From positions 40,845-104,844 of IMG/VR virus record IMGVR_UViG_3300044825_001015: 64,000 bases of DNA. One strand, 5' to 3'. This DNA comes from a virus. Position 1 is the stretch's first letter. Every line of letters starts with the position of its first letter. This document shows, one piece after another, positions 58,656-64,000 of the stretch. A model generated the notes under the pieces. It saw only the letters and a list, made by a program, of their open reading frames with translations, did no database searches and was not told the DNA's origin. Position numbers and translations under genes: made by a program.

Positions 58656-59045
58656 TTACACCTCCATCAATGTCTTAGCGTACTTATTGATGAACTCGTT
58701 CAGGGAGAACGTGACAATGATATCAGTCAGCACTCCTGACTTCCAATCATAGTCATACAGAGTTACGGTCTTAAATGCAAAGTCAAAGACAGGAACCTTA
58801 TGCTCGTTGTCTGCAAGGTAGTTCACAGTAACACCCCAGCCAAGATCACCCTGCCATGCATCACCAACCAACTGCGAGATGATAATACGATTTGCATAAG
58901 CCTGATCGTCAATGCGTCCAGCATCCTGCACATGGTCAAGAGCATTAGCAAACCTAGCAAGCATACCCTCGCCAGCCCAATGTCCGTAGATGAAGATGGT
59001 GTTGCCATCGACCTGTCGAAGTCCGAAATTAGCGCGGTCGCCCAT
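58656..59045 (-). CDS. Hypothetical protein (MGDRANFG...)
   Basis: GAAAGG SD before ATG 59045; promoter at 59075-59096. Confidence 0.65.
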   Translation of the reverse strand: MGDRANFGLRQVDGNTIFIYGHWAGEGMLARFANALDHVQDAGRIDDQAYANRIIISQLVGDAWQGDLGWGVTVNYLADNEHKVPVFDFAFKTVTLYDYDWKSGVLTDIIVTFSLNEFINKYAKTLMEV

Positions 59046-59074
59046 GGTAGTGCCTTTCTGTAGTAGGTAGGGAA

Positions 59075-59096
59075 ACTCTATCATGTAGGTCTGACA
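59075..59096 (-). promoter_or_regulatory. PafBC/RecA-NDp-type promoter that also has a TTGACA -35
   Basis: TTGACAAC-TGTCAG-ACCTACATGA-TAGAGT. Confidence 0.75.
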
Positions 59097-59105
59097 GTTG
59101 TCAAG

Positions 59106-59188
59106 TGCCCCAAGCGGGAGTCGAACCCGCACTCCGTTATGGAACTTGATTTTGAGTCAAGCGTGTCTGCCAATTCCACCATCGGGGC
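59106..59188 (-). tRNA. trnL: tRNA-Leu (CAA)
   Basis: GCCCCGA/TTGGGGC, CTTGA-CTCAAAA-TCAAG, long variable arm. Confidence 0.9.
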
Positions 59189-59191
59189 GTG

Positions 59192-59222
59192 TGGGCAGTT
59201 TTAGCGAACATGCCCAGGTTCG
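59192..59222 (-). ncRNA. H-type pseudoknot motif directly 5' of tRNA-Leu
   Basis: CGAAC-CTGGGCAT-GTTCG-CTAAAAC-TGCCCA. Confidence 0.7.
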
Positions 59223-59232
59223 TCCCAACTAA

Positions 59233-59608
59233 TCAGCGACCAGCGGGGATGCCATGCTTCAGAGTCTCCAACGCGGGGGTGGAGTCAATGAACTTGCCAT
59301 TCTGACGAGTGACAATACGAGTCTGGACACCATAACGGGTGTTCCAAGTCTCAAGGTAGGTGAACTTAGGGGTCTTGCTCTTCTTGCTTGCCATGTTTTC
59401 TCCTTTACTAGTAAACGGGTAGTGCATCAACTACGGCAACAATCTTACCATTTGCCGCTCTTGCAATCAAGTCTGCGCGGGACTGATTATGAATCGTGAT
59501 ATCAAAATGCGTATCATCATAGATATCAAATTCCACGCCATGCTTGATTGCTTCAAATACCCCCGCGCCCGTGGATGAGCGGGAGGGAGTACGGATAGTA
59601 GCAATCAT
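59233..59608 (-). CDS. Two small hypothetical genes (59233-59394, 59408-59608)
   Basis: SDs present; downstream of promoter 59635-59656. Confidence 0.55.
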
Positions 59609-59634
59609 GTTACCCTCTTTTCTGTTGTAGTACT

Positions 59635-59656
59635 ACTATAGCCTAGGGGTCAGACA
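59635..59656 (-). promoter_or_regulatory. PafBC/RecA-NDp-type promoter (variant)
   Basis: TGTCTG-ACCCCTAGGC-TATAGT. Confidence 0.7.
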
Positions 59657-59707
59657 CTCACAAGAAAAAATTTCTATGATTTCTGTGATTTTTCTTAAAA
59701 CTCGTAA

Positions 59708-59756
59708 TTGACATATGTGAGAATCGGTGCTGGCACCGCCCTGACAGATTTGTCAA
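59708..59756. repeat. Dyad element, copy 4
   Basis: TTGACA-N10-TCGGTG-CTGG-CACCGC-N11-TGTCAA. Confidence 0.85.
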
Positions 59757-59901
59757 GGAGATACGCTCTAGTATTCCTGACTTTCTACTTGGTCAAGGAT
59801 ATCGCAGTATAGCGAACCTAGAATGTATCCTTCATTCATCAAGTCCCGCAGGCACATGAGTACCTGATCCCAATCAGCACGCGGCATCTCTACCTTTACC
59901 A

Positions 59902-60132
59902 CTACACACCCGCCAATCTCTTACGCTCTACACCCGTCATGCCACCATAGACATGAGGCTCGAAATCCTCGTTGCGAATCGCAAATGCGAGGCAATCCTG
60001 CACAACGCTGCACGTTGCACAAATCGACTTAGCCTTTTCGATGCGCGAGGCAACACCTGAGAGAAACAGGTTGCTATCCGCATCCTTGCACGCTGCCCTA
60101 TCCTGCCACATTCTGATCCTTCTTCCACTCAC
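59902..60132 (-). CDS. whiB: WhiB-family transcription factor (early region)
   Basis: WQDRAAC..F..AKSICATCSV..C..HVYGGMTGVER. Confidence 0.88.
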   Translation of the reverse strand: MSGRRIRMWQDRAACKDADSNLFLSGVASRIEKAKSICATCSVVQDCLAFAIRNEDFEPHVYGGMTGVERKRLAGV

Positions 60133-60521
60133 GCGCTTCCTTGCGCTTGATTAGTCTAGTCTGCATCTTTCGCGGTGCTGACGGGCAGCAGCCGTAGTAG
60201 CAATTCATCCGATGCTTGCCGACATTACGGCGGGATCGAATCAAAAAGGCACCTCCTCATAGCGCACCCCATCGACAATCAGAGTGCCGTCATCCAGATA
60301 CATGCACCGCGCATAGTCGAATGCATGGTCGCCCAGCATGTAGTAGTTATCCAGCCAAGCCTTCTCAAACTCCACCGTGGTCATCATGCTACCACCTCCA
60401 CAATCTCAACAGTCTGACGGGGCGATGCCCAAAAGTCTCGGATAGTCTCAGCACCCTCGCGGGTGGCGACCGTGGAAAAGAACTGCCCATCTACGAATAC
60501 CTTGTATGTTGTCATGGCTTC

Positions 60522-60848
60522 ACCTTATCAGAGGGGTCTGACACCCAAGGGTTGGGGTCAAGGTCAAGGGTGGCCTCCAAGCGGAGGAAGTTCTCATACA
60601 GTTCTTCTAGGTTCATGCGTATACCTTATCATCTAGGTCTGACAGGCAATCACAGTCATATGAAACCTTGAGGTAGTCCTCAAAGGCTTCCACGGTCATG
60701 ATGCCCTTGTATTCATGGCACAGTCCGCACCACTTGGCATCCAGGGAAATCTCGTTATCGCAAAAGCAGCAAACGAGGTGGGAATGGAGAGTGTTGTTCA
60801 TTTCTAGCCTTTCTTTCTATGCCCTAAGGCTATCATGAGGGACTGACA
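60522..60848 (-). promoter_or_regulatory. Three tandem PafBC/RecA-NDp-type promoters (60522-60543, 60623-60644, 60827-60848)
   Basis: TGTCAG-N10-TAAGGT twice, TGTCAG-N10-TAGCCT once; each heads a tiny ORF. Confidence 0.72.
60613..60801 (-). CDS. Small Zn-finger protein
   Basis: CCFC..CGLC; GAAAGG SD. Confidence 0.55.
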   Translation of the reverse strand: MNNTLHSHLVCCFCDNEISLDAKWCGLCHEYKGIMTVEAFEDYLKVSYDCDCLSDLDDKVYA

Positions 60849-60914
60849 TTCACCGAATCCAAAATATATACAAATCGGACAACATTTCTGTGATGTATTT
60901 CACTTCGTCGTAAC

Positions 60915-60963
60915 TTGACAAATTCAAATTTCGGTGGCGGCCCCGAATTTCACTTGTTGTCAA
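60915..60963. repeat. Dyad element, copy 5
   Basis: TTGACA-N10-TCGGTG-GCGG-CCCCGA-N11-TGTCAA. Confidence 0.85.
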
Positions 60964-61144
60964 GTACCTTGTATATGACATAGATCACGGCGACTACGGG
61001 AAGTACGAGGCATGACATTCCCAGCACTAACATAGCGGTACTAAAAATGTCAAGCGCCTGCGAGTCTACAATATTATGCTCTGCCATTTCACACCCCCAC
61101 AAAGTCGCGCAGCATCTCCCGAAAGTTCTCTAGCGTGATATCGT

Positions 61145-61690
61145 TCATGCTGCACCCCCTCGCACGATAATCCAGATGAGAGCCTGCGCGGTGCGCGGTG
61201 TGATATCAAACTCCGCAGCGACAGTAGTGACAGCCTCAGAAAGTTCGCGGTATTGCGTCTTATTGGGCGAGTCAGTATCCATGCCAGCGGCTCGCATCAT
61301 CCATACGTCAATGACAACCGCGTCAGTATCGCCAGCGATAGCGCGAGCGAAAGCGTTAGTCTTTAGTCCGTTCAACGCATCAAATCCCGCGACCATGGAA
61401 GCCTGAGCCATGCGGAGATTATTGCCCAAGCCCTTAGGGGTCTGACCAAGCGAGAACGCGATAGCCTTAGCGACGTTAGTGGACCAACGCTCACGCGGCG
61501 AGAATGCTGCGACGATGGATGCGCCTACCTCTAGGGTAGTGTCAAGGTTACGGGCGACTTCCTCTGCAACCTCCTCCGCATCACGGTACCAGACGGATGC
61601 TTGCTCCATCTGCGCGAGGGTGGCGGTCATGATAATGGAACGGAAGGTGTCAGTAGCGGTAGGGGCGAGAGTATCTGTCATCGTTGTCAT
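61145..61690 (-). CDS. Helix-hairpin-helix DNA-glycosylase-like protein (leaderless)
   Basis: WY..AAFSPR..W..N; GLKT.AF; VVIDVWM; AQALIW. Confidence 0.6.
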   Translation of the reverse strand: MTTMTDTLAPTATDTFRSIIMTATLAQMEQASVWYRDAEEVAEEVARNLDTTLEVGASIVAAFSPRERWSTNVAKAIAFSLGQTPKGLGNNLRMAQASMVAGFDALNGLKTNAFARAIAGDTDAVVIDVWMMRAAGMDTDSPNKTQYRELSEAVTTVAAEFDITPRTAQALIWIIVRGGAA

Positions 61691-61696
61691 GGAATG

Positions 61697-61907
61697 ATCC
61701 TAGCACTAGGGTCCGACATTGGGAAGGGGTAATTAGTCATTTTCGGTAACGAAACGGTTACGATGCTTAGGCTTGCGAGAATACTTAGCCTTATTCCGAT
61801 GGGGCGCGGCAATATTAGAGCGGCGCAACTCCAAGGTACGCTGAATCTCATCACGGGTACGCTTACGATTCTTGATCATGGGAAAATACTAGCACACCCC
61901 TCCGACA
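61697..61907 (-). promoter_or_regulatory. Two PafBC/RecA-NDp-type promoters (61697-61718, 61886-61907)
   Basis: TGTCGG-N10-TAGGAT and TGTCGG-N10-TAGTAT; an ATG lies 6 nt downstream of each. Confidence 0.78.
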
Positions 61908-61947
61908 ATGGGAAGAAATCTCAGGAAAAATATTTTCGTGTCGTAAC

Positions 61948-61995
61948 TTGACAAACTTGGATATCGGTGGCGGCACCGAATTTAGGATTTGTCAA
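61948..61995. repeat. Dyad element, copy 6
   Basis: TTGACA-N10-TCGGTG-GCGG-CACCGA-N10-TGTCAA. Confidence 0.85.
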
Positions 61996-62350
61996 GTCTA
62001 TTTCTAATAGAGTTAGCAAGAATCTCTAGCGAGTATTCTATATCCTCTAGAATTTCAAAGTCTGCTGGATTCTCTGCAGATGCCCACATGCGCTTGCAAC
62101 GTGTGAGCAATTCTTGAATGTCATTCCATTGCATTGTGAGATTTATATCGAATGGACGACGCTCTATCACCTTGACGTTACTCACCGATCCACCTCGCAA
62201 CTGCCGCGCAGAAATCTTCAAACGTTGTCTCCTTATCGAATCCAAACGTGAAGCAGTCTACCTCGTTGTTTCCATTGTCATAGACATTGACAGTATGCGA
62301 ACCGTTCCATACATACGTCCATCCTGAGCGGGAGTCATGAAGTTCTAGCA

Positions 62351-62623
62351 TTACTCCACCGCCCGAAAGTTCTCCATGAACTGTGCAAAGTAGATCAGCG
62401 GAACGTACGGGTACACCTCATGCGAGTAGAGTGCGGCAAACTCTGGCAGAGGCTCAGTAACCCACTCATCATTCTTGAAGAATGCCAGTTCGACAGAATG
62501 CGGGAAGCGTGCGTATGCTCCATCTCCGATTGCAATGGATACCTCATCGGCCATGGGGTGAGCGATCTTGGCCCTGGCGTTGATGTAGTGCCTATCACCA
62601 TATGTTTCAGCGCGGGTAATCAT
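62351..62623 (-). CDS. Hypothetical protein
   Basis: SVELA..VYPYVP; SD present. Confidence 0.55.
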   Translation of the reverse strand: MITRAETYGDRHYINARAKIAHPMADEVSIAIGDGAYARFPHSVELAFFKNDEWVTEPLPEFAALYSHEVYPYVPLIYFAQFMENFRAVE

Positions 62624-62748
62624 TAGAAGCCTTCCTCTATTCCACCAACGATTGCCATAGCAGTAAGGATACCGCTAATAATGACGAATGACAAGACATG
62701 CTGTGCGAATGTTCTCATGATTCCTCCCTCTCGCATGTGCATGATCCA

Positions 62749-62770
62749 AAGTTACCACGGGCGTCTGACA
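62749..62770 (-). promoter_or_regulatory. PafBC/RecA-NDp-type promoter
   Basis: TGTCAG-ACGCCCGTGG-TAACTT; ATG 6 nt downstream. Confidence 0.7.
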
Positions 62771-62806
62771 GTAGAAGCCTGCCACACTTAGCGCATGTGC
62801 GGAACA

Positions 62807-63088
62807 CTAGAATTCCAATCCCATCGAAGCCAGTCCTGTGATCAGTTGGGCCTGGATCACAGGGTCATTCTTGTCCTCAGGCTTGAGCCACTTTACCATG
62901 GCAGACCCACGGGACTGCATGGTATTACCCTGCGTGTCGGTTACGAGGAACCAGTCATCCTCTAGCGGTTCGATGATGAACCACCGAGTATGGAGCATCC
63001 CCTTAGCGTTCTCTCCAAGGATACCCTCCACAAATGGTGGGCACTCTCGCATGGGAGTGGTGACGATACGATCTACTGATTCGATCAT
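62807..63088 (-). CDS. Hypothetical protein
   Basis: GAAAGG SD before MIESVD. Confidence 0.5.
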   Translation of the reverse strand: MIESVDRIVTTPMRECPPFVEGILGENAKGMLHTRWFIIEPLEDDWFLVTDTQGNTMQSRGSAMVKWLKPEDKNDPVIQAQLITGLASMGLEF

Positions 63089-63214
63089 GGCCTGACCGCC
63101 TTTCCATTGACGAGGACCCATTCCCCGCAGCCATAGCAAATCCAACGAGGGGCGGCGGTACCAAGACGGATGCTGCCCTTGCAGTTCTCACACGGTGTCT
63201 TTCTCATGTCTCCG

Positions 63215-63236
63215 ACTCTACACTAGGGGGCCGACA
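63215..63236 (-). promoter_or_regulatory. PafBC/RecA-NDp-type promoter
   Basis: TGTCGG-CCCCCTAGTG-TAGAGT; ATG 7 nt downstream. Confidence 0.75.
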
Positions 63237-63313
63237 ATAGTCAAATCCAAAATGCATACAAATCGGACATTTTCAAAGTTTTTTTTCTGGGAAAAAATCC
63301 AAGGTTTCGTAAC

Positions 63314-63345
63314 TTGACATTTTATGATTTCGGTGGCGGCACCGA
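63314..63345. repeat. Dyad element, copy 7 (partial)
   Basis: TTGACA-N10-TCGGTG-GCGG-CACCGA. Confidence 0.8.
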
Positions 63346-63423
63346 AAAATTCCATGAAATTTCTGTGACAGTAGTAATACCGTCGTAAGACTTTTTTATA
63401 TCTAATTATTCGGTCACAGGTGT

Positions 63424-63439
63424 TCGAACTGTTGTTCGA
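63424..63439. promoter_or_regulatory. LexA (SOS/Cheo) box
   Basis: TCGAAC-TGTT-GTTCGA, a perfect match to the actinobacterial TCGAAC-N4-GTTCGA. Confidence 0.7.
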
Positions 63440-63449
63440 ACCCTGCCGC

Positions 63450-63468
63450 TTAGGTTAGGCTGACCTAA
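63450..63468. promoter_or_regulatory. IdeR/DtxR iron box
   Basis: TTAGGTTAGGCTGACCTAA versus consensus TTAGGTTAGGCTAACCTAA (18/19). Confidence 0.7.
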
Positions 63469-64000
63469 GCGCACGCGCCAGACGGATTAGGTCACGGTAG
63501 TATTCTACTCGCGCCGCATCCTGTCGGGATACCGCGTCCTGCCCGATACGGGCGACCAATGCGCGGCGTTCACGTTGCGCCATAGTCTGACGCGGCGGGA
63601 TGCCACGGTAGGGATAGGCGTTCACCTACGCCCCCTAGCACTCTTAGCGTACTCCAAGACTCTCATCTCAGAGCCACAGTCGCAGATAGCGCGACCAGCG
63701 CGAGACCCACGACCATTCACGCGGTCCCAGACCACGTTGGTTACGACATGACCAACGCGCATGAACGCGCCGTCCCTAGTGGTACACGCCCCATCGAAGG
63801 ACGAGACTGCATACCAATTTCTCTTGCTATTCATGCGGACACCTCCTGCAGCACGCGACGCTTGGACTCTACGGCGAAGCGACCTGTGAGGCTACGGTTC
63901 GCGTAGCGAAGGTAGGTCATGGCCTCGCCATGGGTAATCCAACGAGTGACGGGCACACGCCCATAGATCGAAGCGTGATCCAAGCGGACTACGCGGTATC

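Noticed and set aside
56769-59222. Pseudoknots as theta/HDV-like ribozymes
   Set aside because: They are too short for a nested double pseudoknot and lie 5' rather than 3' of the tRNAs
60889-61761. CRP-like TGTGA-N6-TCACT and GlnR/MtrA-like GTAAC-N6-GTTAC as independent features
   Set aside because: Single short matches; the first overlaps the bipartite motif and the second lies in a small ORF, so chance is plausible
52913-63319. TTGACA hexamers in the dyads as SigA promoters
   Set aside because: No TANNNT 16-18 nt downstream on either strand; that position is the GC-rich core
52913-63345. Dyad repeats as a CRISPR array
   Set aside because: Copies are 1-3.7 kb apart with genes between them; there are no 30-40 nt spacers and no cas operon
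1-64000. Alternative genetic code or stop-codon reassignment
   Set aside because: Long genes are intact under the standard code, all three stop codons end genes, and there is no suppressor tRNA

Overview
This window is a 64 kb segment of a large, tRNA-rich tailed actinobacteriophage. Its gene order resembles the large Streptomyces BE/BK-type and freshwater actinophage siphoviruses; WhiB, Lsr2-like and DUF732 genes point to an actinobacterial host. Positions 1-52.4 kb are AT-rich and all on the + strand. They hold the end of the tape measure gene, tail genes, a replication/recombination block (DnaB, primase, SSB, DnaE, RecA, Cas4-like, RuvC-like), glycosyl-, methyl- and carbamoyltransferases, 2OG-Fe(II) oxygenases, an IMPDH/GMPR, the terminase, 8 tRNAs and many small accessory genes. 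A non-coding DnaA-box cluster lies at about 52.4-52.9 kb. Positions 52.9-64 kb are GC-richer, on the - strand, and carry small putative early genes plus 3 more tRNAs. The most unusual signals are non-coding: (i) 11 promoters of the form TGTC(A/G)G-N10-TANNNT, the host PafBC/RecA-NDp DNA-damage promoter motif, most of them driving leaderless genes; (ii) 7 copies of a 48-bp dyad that divide the early region into modules; (iii) a perfect LexA box next to a near-perfect IdeR box; (iv) 4 covarying H-type pseudoknots at transcript 3' ends; (v) a ~131-nt structured RNA lying exactly between tRNA-Ile(UAU) and tRNA-Pro; (vi) five tRNAs followed within 1-2 nt by a start codon. All calls were made by eye, without database searches.
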